This document shows, one piece after another, positions 26,310 to 36,149 of a stretch of 64,000 bases of DNA. The notes below the pieces were generated by a model. It was not told where the DNA came from and searched no databases. It was given only the letters and a program-made list of their open reading frames with translations. Source of the stretch: a virus (Duplodnaviria > Caudoviricetes). Position numbers and translations under genes: made by a program. The first letter of the stretch is position 1. Every line of letters starts with the position of its first letter. The stretch lies in IMG/VR virus record IMGVR_UViG_3300032132_000748. One strand, written 5' to 3'.

Positions 26310-26801
26310 TAATCCAGCGGCTAGCGCTGCCCCAGCAGCTAATGCGGGATTAATTCTAGGTCTCGGTGCCATTCCTGGTCTGCCTGCAGGTAATGCTGAG
26401 GTAGCCGGGAAACCGGTAGGCATCCCATATCCTGGTAATCCGGGAGCATAGGGGTAGGGCATTATAGGAGCCGTGGTGGGGATCGTCGCTGTAGGATCTA
26501 CAGGTAATGGTGCTGCGGGATCTACGGGTAATGGTGCAGGATCTACAGGTAATGGTGCTGGGGGTAGTGGTAATCCTTTAGGTGGTAACTTAGGGAACAT
26601 CTTGGGCATTATTTTAGCTGCCAGCTTAGGAAATCTAGCTAACCTTTTAGGGGGTGGTAATCCTGCGGCAGCGCGTCTTTTTGCTGTGCGACGTACTCTT
26701 GCTCGTCTTTTACCTCGGGTTCGTCTCCGACCCCTTCGGCCAGCAAATCCGTGATAATTCGATAACCCTCCGTAGGATCCTGTGTTAGTGAATTGATACA
26801 T
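26298..26801 (-). CDS. Arg/Pro-rich protein with hydrophobic C-tail
   Basis: YGGLS N-terminus, PLPVDPA repeats, LAAGLLFL end. Confidence 0.7.
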   Translation of the reverse strand: MYQFTNTGSYGGLSNYHGFAGRRGRRRTRGKRRARVRRTAKRRAAAGLPPPKRLARFPKLAAKIMPKMFPKLPPKGLPLPPAPLPVDPAPLPVDPAAPLPVDPTATIPTTAPIMPYPYAPGLPGYGMPTGFPATSALPAGRPGMAPRPRINPALAAGAALAAGLLFL

Positions 26802-26808
26802 ATTTCTC

Positions 26809-27582
26809 CTATAAGAATAGTAATCCTGCCGCGAGAGCAGCGGTTATAGTTCCTAGTCTGGCTTGTTGTGGTGTAATTGCTGCCTTCGGCAGAGGTCCTC
26901 TGGGTCTGATCATTCCTGGCCCCTGCCTTACAGGTCCTCGCATCATTACTCCTCTGGGGAGCATTAATCCGGTAGGTGTCATTCCGACCGGTGCGCCAGG
27001 AACTACTGCGGGTCCTGTGGCTGCAGGGGGAAGCCCACCTGGAGGGATCATCCCAGGCATCGCAGGAACATACTGACCGGTAACAGGATCTAACATATAA
27101 GGTATTTGTTGCTGCTGTGCAAGAGGGTCAAACTCTTTAGTTGTTCTCGCAATAACGTCCTCTTTTAGTTTTGCCATCTCATCAGTAAGTGGTGGCACTC
27201 CGGGTCTAATTTCTGGAGGTAGTGGTGCAACTACTACAGGGGGTAATTTTGGTTTAACCTCCGGCAAGGGTAGCGGTCTTGGTTTTGGTTTTATTATGAC
27301 CGGTGGTGCCGGTGGGCGTTTAGGTGCCGGTGGGCGTTTAGGTGCCGGTGGGCGTTTAGCTGCCGGTGGGCGTTTAGCTGCAGGCTTAGGGGGCCTAGGT
27401 TGTGGTTTTGGTTTAGGGGTTCTAGGTCTTGGGGTTGGGGGGCGTGCGGCTGCTGTCATTCTTCTGGCGATTTGCCTAAGAATTGAAATATTACCTAACC
27501 CACCTCTTGCACTAGCATTAGGGCCGCCCCACATACCGGATAATCCGCCATAATTTCTTGAATTTGAGTATTCGTAAGCCAT
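26809..27582 (-). CDS. Pro-rich protein, paralog of 26298-26801
   Basis: YGGLS N-terminus, identical ALAAGLLFL end. Confidence 0.7.
   Translation of the reverse strand: MAYEYSNSRNYGGLSGMWGGPNASARGGLGNISILRQIARRMTAAARPPTPRPRTPKPKPQPRPPKPAAKRPPAAKRPPAPKRPPAPKRPPAPPVIIKPKPRPLPLPEVKPKLPPVVVAPLPPEIRPGVPPLTDEMAKLKEDVIARTTKEFDPLAQQQQIPYMLDPVTGQYVPAMPGMIPPGGLPPAATGPAVVPGAPVGMTPTGLMLPRGVMMRGPVRQGPGMIRPRGPLPKAAITPQQARLGTITAALAAGLLFL
27307..27380. repeat. 18-bp tandem repeat, about 4 copies (KRPPA[PA])
   Basis: GCCGGTGGGCGTTTAG(G/C)T repeated. Confidence 0.8.
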
Positions 27583-27585
27583 TAG

Positions 27586-27948
27586 TTATCCTTTCTGCCT
27601 TTTTCTTATAAATATTTTTTGATAATTAGAATCGTCATAAGAATCAAAATTCCACTTAACTTGAGATACGGGGGTAGCTGTACTATCAAAGGACAAAACT
27701 GGATATAGAGGATGATCTTCTAGAGATTTCTCTACCGCCTTTAAAATGCTTGGTAAGTTCTGAGCTTTATCTTCAACTACCGCTACAGTTATTTTTAAAT
27801 GCTTTCTAGCTCTTCTAGAGTTTGTTCTATAGCTCTCTAGACCGCAGGCAACAAAGCCTAGATCCTTGCGGTTAGATACTATTTGTCGATACACCAGCTT
27901 TGCTGCGTCTTTATCACCATATTTAATTGTATATAGTTCTGCGTTCAT
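27586..27948 (-). CDS. Hypothetical protein
   Basis: ORF in a tight operon. Confidence 0.6.
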   Translation of the reverse strand: MNAELYTIKYGDKDAAKLVYRQIVSNRKDLGFVACGLESYRTNSRRARKHLKITVAVVEDKAQNLPSILKAVEKSLEDHPLYPVLSFDSTATPVSQVKWNFDSYDDSNYQKIFIRKRQKG

Positions 27949-27952
27949 TTTC

Positions 27953-28339
27953 CTACTTCTTGGTTAGAATGTTTAGATAGATTGATAGCGTGGCCAGTCC
28001 GGCTAAGTAAAGTAAACTTTTCTTCATGAAACCAGATAAGGAGAGCAACTCTTCCACGGCTAATTTTGTTTTGTAATCGAAGCGGCGAGCTAGCTCTTCG
28101 ATGGGTATGTGTTGAATTCGCTGGATATATCTTTCCATATCCTCAGCGGTTCTGGCGACGGTGGTTAGTACACCCCGTCCCTGTCGAATAGCGCCCTGCG
28201 CTTCTTCGATAGCTTTACTAGCTTTCTTCGCGGTTGTACTCGCGGCTGATGCTGCACCTTTTGCTGCAGAAAAGGTGTCAAATATACCACCTAAATTCCT
28301 GTTTGTTCCGGTGACATCACGGCTCATGCCATAGACCAT
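27953..28339 (-). CDS. Tail-anchored membrane protein
   Basis: GGAGGAGG RBS; LGGIF motif; C-terminal TM. Confidence 0.7.
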   Translation of the reverse strand: MVYGMSRDVTGTNRNLGGIFDTFSAAKGAASAASTTAKKASKAIEEAQGAIRQGRGVLTTVARTAEDMERYIQRIQHIPIEELARRFDYKTKLAVEELLSLSGFMKKSLLYLAGLATLSIYLNILTKK

Positions 28340-28373
28340 CGCTATACCTCCTCCATATTATACAAAAAGGAAC

Positions 28374-28904
28374 TCATTTTGAAGACATCCAAAGAAAGAA
28401 ACCTCCTACTCCTAGTAATAATAAGTTTTTTTTATTAATAAAATCGTCATCGTAATCGCTTAGCCCTTTATGTATTTTATTCAGAGATTTCTGATCTAAG
28501 CTTTGGATTTCTGAAATTGTTATCGGGTTCGCCACCCTAGCCCACAAACCATCCGGGTCTGTTTCAGATATCGGTTTACATTTATATTTTCGATACCAAG
28601 ATCTGAGCTTCTCTTTAGAAGCTACTTTTGTGTCGTAAGGTATTATTTTTCCTATTAAATTAATGTTAACCTCATCGGCCAAACCCATGACGGACTTAAT
28701 CGCATCGGATCCGCTGCCCTCTCCCGGCCTCAAAGCTCTTATAGAAATAAAATGCACCCAATTACTTGTGATCGGGACCATCTCTACTGCAACTGAATCA
28801 TTGATAATAAATTCTTCATCATCATCCGGGTTTATGGCAAACCTAGAAGACATCTTTGCTAAATGATAGAGCTTATCCATAAATTGGTTGGAGAGGGTTT
28901 TCAT
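28374..28904 (-). CDS. GNAT-like domain protein with C-terminal TM
   Basis: PGEGSGS...LADE, LRSWYRKY; LLLLGVGGFFLWM tail. Confidence 0.55.
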   Translation of the reverse strand: MKTLSNQFMDKLYHLAKMSSRFAINPDDDEEFIINDSVAVEMVPITSNWVHFISIRALRPGEGSGSDAIKSVMGLADEVNINLIGKIIPYDTKVASKEKLRSWYRKYKCKPISETDPDGLWARVANPITISEIQSLDQKSLNKIHKGLSDYDDDFINKKNLLLLGVGGFFLWMSSK

Positions 28905-28926
28905 ATTTATATGATATACTATTGTT

Positions 28927-29241
28927 ATGGACCGTAAACAGAAATTTCACGCAAAAGAGTCTGCGCTCGATGCCGCAACTAATAAGATGGAAGAAGCCAT
29001 AGCATCAGTTAAATCACTCTCCAAAAGTGTTAAATCGGGAACCGTTGATAAGCGAGAACTAGAAGACGCCATAAAAGAACTAAAGAGTTTAGCTAGGAAA
29101 GTAGAAATTCTAACGGCTGAATCTAAAATGCTCGGGGGTTTCTCCGCAGTTAAAGAGTTTGCCCCCAAAGAAGAAAAAGCCACTAATCCGGTCTGGTATG
29201 TTGCTGTTTTGGCCTCTGTTTGGTTTTTATTCTTAAGATAG
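28927..29241 (+). CDS. Coiled-coil tail-anchored membrane protein
   Basis: LGGFS motif; VWYVAVLASVWFLFLR tail. Confidence 0.7.
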   Translation: MDRKQKFHAKESALDAATNKMEEAIASVKSLSKSVKSGTVDKRELEDAIKELKSLARKVEILTAESKMLGGFSAVKEFAPKEEKATNPVWYVAVLASVWFLFLR

Positions 29242-29277
29242 CTTGAAGATATTGGTGGTCATGATAATTTAAGAGTT

Positions 29278-30399
29278 ATGACTGACGTAGACCAATTATT
29301 CTCAGATAGCCCTGAAGAAGCAGCTTTCTCCAATTTCGTTAACAAGTTAGAGGCGTCTACTGCTCCTACAGCCGTTAGGGGGGAGTTTACTCTTGTTCCT
29401 CGCGGGATAGGTCCCTTCAGAGACAAATATCGTCCCCAAAAGATTGAAGAAATTGTCCCTACTTGTTCTGTAGAACAACTTGTCAATCAAATAGGTAATC
29501 CCAGCGCATCTCAGGTGTATCTATTTGAAGGAAATACCGGAACCGGGAAAACGACTTGTGCTCGCATTTTAGCTAAAGCAGCCAACTGTCTTGCGGGTAA
29601 TGCTTCGGAAAGACCTTGTCTGAAATGTAAATGTTGTTCTTCTTTCGAGAACAGCTACGATAAGGTTGAAATTAATACAGCTAATCAAAACAAAATTGAT
29701 GATGTCAGAAATCTTGTGGCAGATATGCGTTACGCCCCCGCTATCTACAATAAAAAGATTTACATCATGGATGAAGTTCAGAGATTAACCGCTGACGCGC
29801 AGCAAGTTTTGCTGACTGAACTTGAAGAGCCCTATTCGTATCTTCTTGTTTTTCTATGCACCACCAATATTAAAAAAATAGACAAAGCTTTAGTGGACAG
29901 GGCATGTAGAATAACATTCTCCGCCCTAACCCCTCGGCAAGCGAGTCTGATTACTCAGCAAATATTTAAACACGAGGGTCTTTCTGGAGATGACGACTTA
30001 ATCGAAAGTCTATATCAACAATCTGATGGCTCAGTAAGAGCGCTTCTTAATAATATAGAGGCGTATAAGGATAAAGGATTTAATCCTGATTCTTGGGAGG
30101 AGGATGAAGCTCCTGCTGAGGTTAAAAGCCTCTTCCAGGTGATAAATAAGGGCGATTGGGTAGGACTCAGTAAGATACTTAAAAGACCCAACGTTAGAAA
30201 AGAACCTGAATCTTTGAGAATTGGCTTAGAAAGCTATATTAGAGGGGTAATGTTGCGGCAGGCGTCTATTGCTGATGCTACGAAATATGGAACAGCCTTG
30301 ATGCGCCTAGAAGGAACCCTTATGAATGAGCCTTCAGTCTCTCAGTACAATGGTTTTGTTCTTAAATGTCTGCGTGCCTGTGCCCTATTTAAGCAATAG
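29278..30399 (+). CDS. dnaX: DNA polymerase III gamma/tau-like clamp loader ATPase
   Basis: KYRP, Walker A GNTGTGKTT, ANC...PC..C..C, DEVQ, LEEP, GSVR. Confidence 0.92.
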   Translation: MTDVDQLFSDSPEEAAFSNFVNKLEASTAPTAVRGEFTLVPRGIGPFRDKYRPQKIEEIVPTCSVEQLVNQIGNPSASQVYLFEGNTGTGKTTCARILAKAANCLAGNASERPCLKCKCCSSFENSYDKVEINTANQNKIDDVRNLVADMRYAPAIYNKKIYIMDEVQRLTADAQQVLLTELEEPYSYLLVFLCTTNIKKIDKALVDRACRITFSALTPRQASLITQQIFKHEGLSGDDDLIESLYQQSDGSVRALLNNIEAYKDKGFNPDSWEEDEAPAEVKSLFQVINKGDWVGLSKILKRPNVRKEPESLRIGLESYIRGVMLRQASIADATKYGTALMRLEGTLMNEPSVSQYNGFVLKCLRACALFKQ

Positions 30400-30715
30400 C
30401 TAAGATACTTATAACAATTCCCATTATTGTTTGTATTACTGCAAAAACAGTTATTGCTTTGGTTTTAAAATATTTCAGATCATCAACAGTTTGTTTTAAT
30501 TCTTTAAACTGAGTAGGAGAACAAACTTCGGATATATCTTTTTTCCACTCCTTTAGCTCATGAGTTTGATCTTCAAGAACTGCCATTTTTTGCATTCCCG
30601 TCTTTACAGACTGTAGTTCGGAGTGAAGTCCATCAATCCCATCATTGAGCCGTTCTAGCTCCTTGAGGACGTGCTTTGACCACTCGTTCCACCCATTTTG
30701 GACATCATTACTCAT
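30389..30715 (-). CDS. Coiled-coil membrane protein (holin/XhlA-like)
   Basis: WNEWSKHVLKELERL; C-terminal TM. Confidence 0.5.
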   Translation of the reverse strand: MSNDVQNGWNEWSKHVLKELERLNDGIDGLHSELQSVKTGMQKMAVLEDQTHELKEWKKDISEVCSPTQFKELKQTVDDLKYFKTKAITVFAVIQTIMGIVISILAIA

Positions 30716-31160
30716 TTAGCACCCCGCTTTTACATATTTTAGATAACTCAGAATTTGGGGCTACTTCAATAGAAAAGCCTACCATCCTCTCGTCTACTAA
30801 TTTGGCTATAGTATGTAAGACTTTTTCTTTTCCTCCCAAGGTTAGTATTCTATGACATTCATCAAAACTATTTCCGCTACTAAGAGTGTTTTCCAGAGCA
30901 GCTTCTATTCGACTTAGATCATCTAAATGGCAGGATTCCTTGAAATCATTAGGTGAAGTTATTTTTCTTCCAAAAACTTTCTCCATCCCGCAGCCGCAAC
31001 TATCTACTATAGTATTATTTTCTAACTCCCAAACCCAGGCACACGATACCACGACCCCCATTACTAGTTGTAATAACTCATTTCGTTGGTGGATTTCTTT
31101 GTCTTTTTTGTGAAGATTATCCGTTAACGTCCGTAAATAGTCTAATTGCTTTTTGGGCAT
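30708..31160 (-). CDS. PAS-fold protein
   Basis: WVWEL, VFG, HLDD, FDECHRI pattern of PAS_3. Confidence 0.7.
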   Translation of the reverse strand: MPKKQLDYLRTLTDNLHKKDKEIHQRNELLQLVMGVVVSCAWVWELENNTIVDSCGCGMEKVFGRKITSPNDFKESCHLDDLSRIEAALENTLSSGNSFDECHRILTLGGKEKVLHTIAKLVDERMVGFSIEVAPNSELSKICKSGVLNE

Positions 31161-31289
31161 GCTCTAAAGCTCCACTCAGAGTATATCAAATGTGTTGTAT
31201 ATTTAATCTAGATCCTTATAAGTTTTATGGCGACATAATCCTTGAACGCCTAATAAGGTGTGCTAGAATTACATATCCTTAGAGACTCT

Positions 31290-31772
31290 ATGCATAAAAG
31301 AACAACTGACATCTTCAAGAATTTAGGGTTCGGTGATGAAACAATAGCAAACATTGAAAAAACCGCATCCAAAGCCAAAACCCCATTTAACAGACGAATG
31401 ATGTCATCTCTTAAAAAAATGGGGATGCCTGATACTGCTTTAAAGCAGATAAAGTATCTAGAAGAACCAATTCTAGACGAAGATACTGAACACACAAATA
31501 AAGAATTAATTTCTCTCTTAGTTAAGAAGCTAAGAAGAAGTTTTGACGCTTTTGCTAATAAAGATGTAAAAGCAATGATTATTTTTTCTGAACAAGACTG
31601 GACCATATACGCAGAGGAGTATAGTAGAGAAATCCAGCATCTTCATGAAATTTGTAAACCCTATTTTGATGAATGGTGTCTTAAAAATATAGAAGTCAAA
31701 TTTGAATTTGATGGAACTTCTACATGGAAAATTATTGCACCAAAGAAATCAGATTTACCCGACACTTTTTAA
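31290..31772 (+). CDS. Hypothetical protein
   Basis: ORF only. Confidence 0.6.
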   Translation: MHKRTTDIFKNLGFGDETIANIEKTASKAKTPFNRRMMSSLKKMGMPDTALKQIKYLEEPILDEDTEHTNKELISLLVKKLRRSFDAFANKDVKAMIIFSEQDWTIYAEEYSREIQHLHEICKPYFDEWCLKNIEVKFEFDGTSTWKIIAPKKSDLPDTF

Positions 31773-31788
31773 TAATAAGGATTTTTTA

Positions 31789-32052
31789 ATGGACAATTGG
31801 TCACCGGAATTTAGGTATTGCAGAAAGTGCTATAAAACTAGTCATAGACATGTTTATGATGGCTACTGTAAAAAATGTTATCACGAAATGGAACAGGAAA
31901 AACTTTCTAAAGAAAAGAACAGAAACTGTCTTAAATGCGACGCAATCTTTTTATCAAAAGGACCTGGGAATAGAAAATGTAAAGAATGTTTGTCGAAAGA
32001 TAATAATTCTAAGTACACAGATAAGCCTAGGCATAGAGTTAATATTACGTAG
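31789..32052 (+). CDS. Zn-finger protein
   Basis: Four CxxC pairs; CLKC...F.SKGPGNR.C..C. Confidence 0.7.
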   Translation: MDNWSPEFRYCRKCYKTSHRHVYDGYCKKCYHEMEQEKLSKEKNRNCLKCDAIFLSKGPGNRKCKECLSKDNNSKYTDKPRHRVNIT

Positions 32053-32057
32053 TTATT

Positions 32058-32810
32058 ATGGGAATCAGGAACATATTCAGCCGACTATTTAGAAGCAAGT
32101 CAAATATAGATAATGCTCCGCTAACACCGGAGTTAATAGAATCATTGCCTACGGCAGATGATCCTGTTTTTCATAGAGACTCAAAAAGGCTTATGCAACG
32201 TTTTGATGAATACATCACAGCAGCAGAAGCTGAAAGCGAAATATTGAGTATCGAATTAGATAATACTTTGAATCAAGAAGATATACTACGAACTCAATTG
32301 CAACATCTCAACAAACCTGGCTCTTGGCATGAACGTCATATTTTTCTAAAAATAGATAGACTTCAATTACATAGCACAAACCTAAAACAACGTATTGAAA
32401 TTTATTCTCAAAATATAAAGATATACTTAAATTTAATTGCGAAAATTCAAGATGTAAAAGCTATGCGACTTAACGGCCTAGACCAAGAAAAGATAGAAAC
32501 TATTTGGTTAGAATTTAAGGATACTCTTGAAGAGTACAGAGATAGGATTCAACACGAACAGGCTGGCTATCACAATGAGCAAGTTACTTCACAGCATCAA
32601 GAAGAAAGAATTGTAGAGCTTCGAAAAGAAATCTTTCCCGAAGAAATTGAAAAAAAATCGGATCAAAAACAAGTCGTCGAATTTGAGCCAGAGCCCGAAG
32701 TAATAAGACCATCTATCTCAAGTCTCATCGAGACTGAAGCTCAAGACCAGGAATTTGATATTGAGGACGATGATTACTACGAGGATGAGCAGGAGCTAGT
32801 TTTAGAATAA
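32058..32810 (+). CDS. Helical coiled-coil protein (possible PspA/ESCRT-III-like)
   Basis: N-terminal amphipathic helix, long helices, acidic tail. Confidence 0.45.
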   Translation: MGIRNIFSRLFRSKSNIDNAPLTPELIESLPTADDPVFHRDSKRLMQRFDEYITAAEAESEILSIELDNTLNQEDILRTQLQHLNKPGSWHERHIFLKIDRLQLHSTNLKQRIEIYSQNIKIYLNLIAKIQDVKAMRLNGLDQEKIETIWLEFKDTLEEYRDRIQHEQAGYHNEQVTSQHQEERIVELRKEIFPEEIEKKSDQKQVVEFEPEPEVIRPSISSLIETEAQDQEFDIEDDDYYEDEQELVLE

Positions 32811-33367
32811 TGTTCATTAAAGAAGGGGATACTGTAATCCTCGTGGCAACAGAAGAACCTAACTTACGTCATTATATAGGATTAGAGTGGAAAGTTCGAG
32901 CGGTCATATTTACCTACCATCCGGCGTCGGCAATCATTGTTCGAGACAATTTACAAGCTAGTTGCTATATAAAACAGCTTGAAGTTGTTCCTCCAGATCA
33001 TTGCCCTTTTGGGCACAACGAACTCGTTTCTATTAAAAAGGAAATACCAAAGGCTTCCTCCTGGGCAGCCCCCTACCATTTTCATACAGAATTGTTAGGA
33101 AAAGTAGGTCATGTTCGCGGATATGATTCAAGAAACGAGTATCTGCTCATTAGGGCAACTTCTGGAGGCGCAGGCTGGTTTCCGGTTCAGGCTCTCCTTC
33201 CCCTAGACTACAAAGGCGAAAGATTTTTTTATCCGCTCGAAACAGTTTTGTATAAGAACAAAGAACACGTCATCAGTAGGATTAAAAAATCTAGATTCAA
33301 ATGGGGTCAGCTACTGTTGATAGATGGAGAGTGGGTTCCGTCAACTGACGTTGAGCCACTCCCTTAG
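32810..33367 (+). CDS. Hypothetical protein, tandem SH3/KOW-like modules
   Basis: IKEGDTVIL, GKVGHVRG...GWFPVQAL. Confidence 0.5.
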   Translation: MFIKEGDTVILVATEEPNLRHYIGLEWKVRAVIFTYHPASAIIVRDNLQASCYIKQLEVVPPDHCPFGHNELVSIKKEIPKASSWAAPYHFHTELLGKVGHVRGYDSRNEYLLIRATSGGAGWFPVQALLPLDYKGERFFYPLETVLYKNKEHVISRIKKSRFKWGQLLLIDGEWVPSTDVEPLP

Positions 33368-33476
33368 CCCCGTCTATTGCCTCAAGCCCTTGGCTGAGGT
33401 AGTATAGATATATTAACCCACTATATGGTTTAATTTAAATGCTAGTAGTAAATAATAATTACAAAGGTAACTTGAT

Positions 33477-33764
33477 ATGGCGACATTCGAGGTCGGACTA
33501 ATCTATTCAGCACCCTCCACAAAGAAAAAAGAAAAAATTTATTTCGTTGCTATTCACGAGAAAACACTCGTAACGCACAGAAACGGTAGATTTGGTAAGT
33601 TTTCTTCTAAGAAAAAAGGACATTCGCTAGAAAGTAATATTTCAGTAGGTGATTTATGTAGACATTGGGATATTAAAGTCTCTAAGCTTGATGGATACAT
33701 GGTGGATCACTTCTCCCCTGATAATGAAGCTAGAGAGCGGGCTAAAAAGAGTCGAGATGGTTAA
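33477..33764 (+). CDS. Hypothetical protein
   Basis: AAAGGT RBS. Confidence 0.6.
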   Translation: MATFEVGLIYSAPSTKKKEKIYFVAIHEKTLVTHRNGRFGKFSSKKKGHSLESNISVGDLCRHWDIKVSKLDGYMVDHFSPDNEARERAKKSRDG

Positions 33765-33837
33765 TAAATAAAACATCAGACTATTGACATATAGCGTTAT
33801 TTGACCTATTATATCTATAGTAGGAGAGTAGCGCTAT

Positions 33838-34287
33838 ATGGCACTTAAAGCAGTAAAAATAAGCACCAAAGCTCTTGGGCAATTAAACGATATAACTGCC
33901 GCCACTCCAGAAGCTCGTCAAAAGATTGGTGCTGCCCTTAATGGGGCTATAAACGATTTATGGATCAAAGTTTGCAAAGGAGAAGTTACCCTTCTTCTTT
34001 CAGATGATGAAGAATTTCTTGTGTCACCTAAATCCGAGTTTTCGCAAGACGCGAAGAATAAACTTGGTTGTTCAGGTCCTTACACAGTAGTCCAAACTTG
34101 TAAATCTTGGGTTGGGGTTTCTGAAGGTATCTACAAAATAAAAGATTGTGACGGCTTTGTTCCTGTTGCATGGTTCTCTAAAGTAGAGCCAAAAAAAGAA
34201 CAAAAGACTAACAATCTCTTAACTGTGGTTTTAGCGGTCGCCAGTTTGATTCAAAGTGGGGCGATCTTCGCTTTATTTTTACTCTAG
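33838..34287 (+). CDS. Hypothetical protein with C-terminal TM
   Basis: TTGACA promoter, AGGAG RBS. Confidence 0.7.
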   Translation: MALKAVKISTKALGQLNDITAATPEARQKIGAALNGAINDLWIKVCKGEVTLLLSDDEEFLVSPKSEFSQDAKNKLGCSGPYTVVQTCKSWVGVSEGIYKIKDCDGFVPVAWFSKVEPKKEQKTNNLLTVVLAVASLIQSGAIFALFLL

Positions 34288-34325
34288 AAATTGTTATTTT
34301 GCTATAATGATTTTGGAGTATTTAA

Positions 34326-34733
34326 ATGTATCAATTCGGTGAATTACCCTCAGACATAGATGATATGGATGACACCCTAGGACCGCCTCCAGCTTGGTTC
34401 AGGTCCGAGCAAAGCTATGTAAATCCCAGTTCTTATTATTACACTCCGGGCTATAACACTTTTTATGGTCTAGGAGATAGAGAACAGGAGCCTGAAGCAA
34501 ACCCAATTGAGGAATTGCAAGAACTTAAGTATAAGCAGGAATTAAACAGAAAAATTCCTTCTGTTGCTTACCGATACACCGCTATTGATCCTCTATCCCC
34601 GATGTTCCGCGACAGAAGAACAAAATACGGGTATGGTGGTCTGGGTGAAGATGGTAAAGCTAAAAAAGCCGTCCTACCTCTCCTAATCGCCGGTGTAGCA
34701 TTTTGGTTTTTATTTCTTAGAAAGACTGCATAA
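34326..34733 (+). CDS. Tail-anchored membrane protein
   Basis: FGE, YGLGD, YGGLGE motifs; C-terminal TM. Confidence 0.7.
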   Translation: MYQFGELPSDIDDMDDTLGPPPAWFRSEQSYVNPSSYYYTPGYNTFYGLGDREQEPEANPIEELQELKYKQELNRKIPSVAYRYTAIDPLSPMFRDRRTKYGYGGLGEDGKAKKAVLPLLIAGVAFWFLFLRKTA

Positions 34734-34805
34734 CTTAGCCAACGTTGACCCTGATACATTCCTTGGTAACCTATACGTAGCCTCATAGGTTAAGGAGTGT
34801 TATTT

Positions 34806-35195
34806 ATGGCTACTAATGAAGTACCGTTTAATAGAGTTGTTGTTCCAAGCGAGGGTGGTAACCCTGGCGTTAAATTCGCTGAATTTCTCAATATTGATGA
34901 GGATAGCGAAATCACTTTTGCAGAAATGCAAAGCTACATCTACGACCGCCTGTTCCGCCTAGGAATGGTTCGTCATGTTGATGGCACTAGGGCTCGTCGC
35001 CCTCGCGCGAGAGACAGAGATGCTGCAAGGCGTCGTCGTAGTGGTGCCCGTGCTGTTACCGTAAAGGTAGGCAAAAAGGCTAAAGCTAAGACTAAAGCTA
35101 AGACTAAAGCTAAAGCTAAGACCAAAACCAAGACCAAAGGTGTCAAGGCTAAAGGTCGCAGCCGCAAAGCTAAAGCTAAAGCTAAAGCTAAATAA
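34806..35195 (+). CDS. Basic protein with KA/KT-repeat histone-H1-like tail
   Basis: KAKAKTKAKTK repeats; AAGGAG RBS. Confidence 0.7.
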   Translation: MATNEVPFNRVVVPSEGGNPGVKFAEFLNIDEDSEITFAEMQSYIYDRLFRLGMVRHVDGTRARRPRARDRDAARRRRSGARAVTVKVGKKAKAKTKAKTKAKAKTKTKTKGVKAKGRSRKAKAKAKAK

Positions 35196-35205
35196 CTCCT
35201 CTGTT

Positions 35206-35244
35206 AGAGAATAGCCCCTAGGTTTTCTTAGGGGCTATTTCTCT
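35206..35244 (+). terminator. Intrinsic terminator
   Basis: AATAGCCCCTA/TAGGGGCTATT. Confidence 0.7.
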
Positions 35245-35255
35245 GGGTGAAAATA

Positions 35256-36149
35256 ATGAAAATAGAACTGATAAGTCAACGCTCGGGAATTTACGGCGGT
35301 CTTAAAAGACTTTACCGATTAGCTGCTTATTTCATCGAGGCTGGTCACGAAGCCGTTATCAATATCGATGATGGCTCTACCTGTGATTGGTTTGAACACT
35401 CCGTAACAGAGAATGTTGATATAGACCCTGATGTCAGAATCATGCCAGAAACCTGGCAAAAGCCTCACCCGACAGCTAAAAATATTCTCTACGTTCAAGC
35501 TCAGTTCGATCCTCCCGAAGATCGCTTCGATGGTATAGTCACTACTACTGATTTCCTGGCTGAAACTATTTCAGAAGAAGGCTTTGCGCCTGATTGGGTC
35601 ATCCCCTATGGTTTTGATTCTAATAAGTTCAAAGAGAGTGGGAGAGACAGAAGTAAAAACTGGCCTTGGAATCGAACTGCCTATATGCCCAGAAAAAATA
35701 AGCAGGAAGCGGACTTAGTCGAGATGCTCTATCCGGCAGACCCTACTTATGGTGCAATATTTGATCCAATAGAAGGGTGTAATGAGCAAGAAGTTATCGA
35801 GAAACTACAGAAAGCAGACATATTTCTAGCGCTATCCCGCGTCGAAGGCTTCGGAATGCCACCTTTTGAGGCTTCTTTGTGTGGCTGTTTAGTTATCGGA
35901 TATCACGGTAAAGGCGGAAGAGAATGGCTCAACTCCAACACATCCGTTATGTGTGGAAATCCTCAAGAAATTGTTGCAGCTATCGCTGACGCCGCGCAAG
36001 GTAAGCATGAACCTGAGAGACTTGCCTTGCAAGAGCTTATCAAGACGGATCTTACACTGGAAAAAGAAGCGGCTGCATGGTTAAATATTATTAATGATGT
36101 CAACGACGGAGCTAACCAAATCACAGATATTGAGGGGGAACTCGCTTAG
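35256..36149 (+). CDS. GT-B (GT4-like) glycosyltransferase
   Basis: ADIFLALSRVEGFGMPPFEASLCGC. Confidence 0.88.
   Translation: MKIELISQRSGIYGGLKRLYRLAAYFIEAGHEAVINIDDGSTCDWFEHSVTENVDIDPDVRIMPETWQKPHPTAKNILYVQAQFDPPEDRFDGIVTTTDFLAETISEEGFAPDWVIPYGFDSNKFKESGRDRSKNWPWNRTAYMPRKNKQEADLVEMLYPADPTYGAIFDPIEGCNEQEVIEKLQKADIFLALSRVEGFGMPPFEASLCGCLVIGYHGKGGREWLNSNTSVMCGNPQEIVAAIADAAQGKHEPERLALQELIKTDLTLEKEAAAWLNIINDVNDGANQITDIEGELA

Noticed and set aside
26473-27553. Gly-rich + strand ORFs (26473-26754, 27296-27553)
   Set aside because: Antisense mirrors of the Pro-rich genes, which have shared termini and operon context
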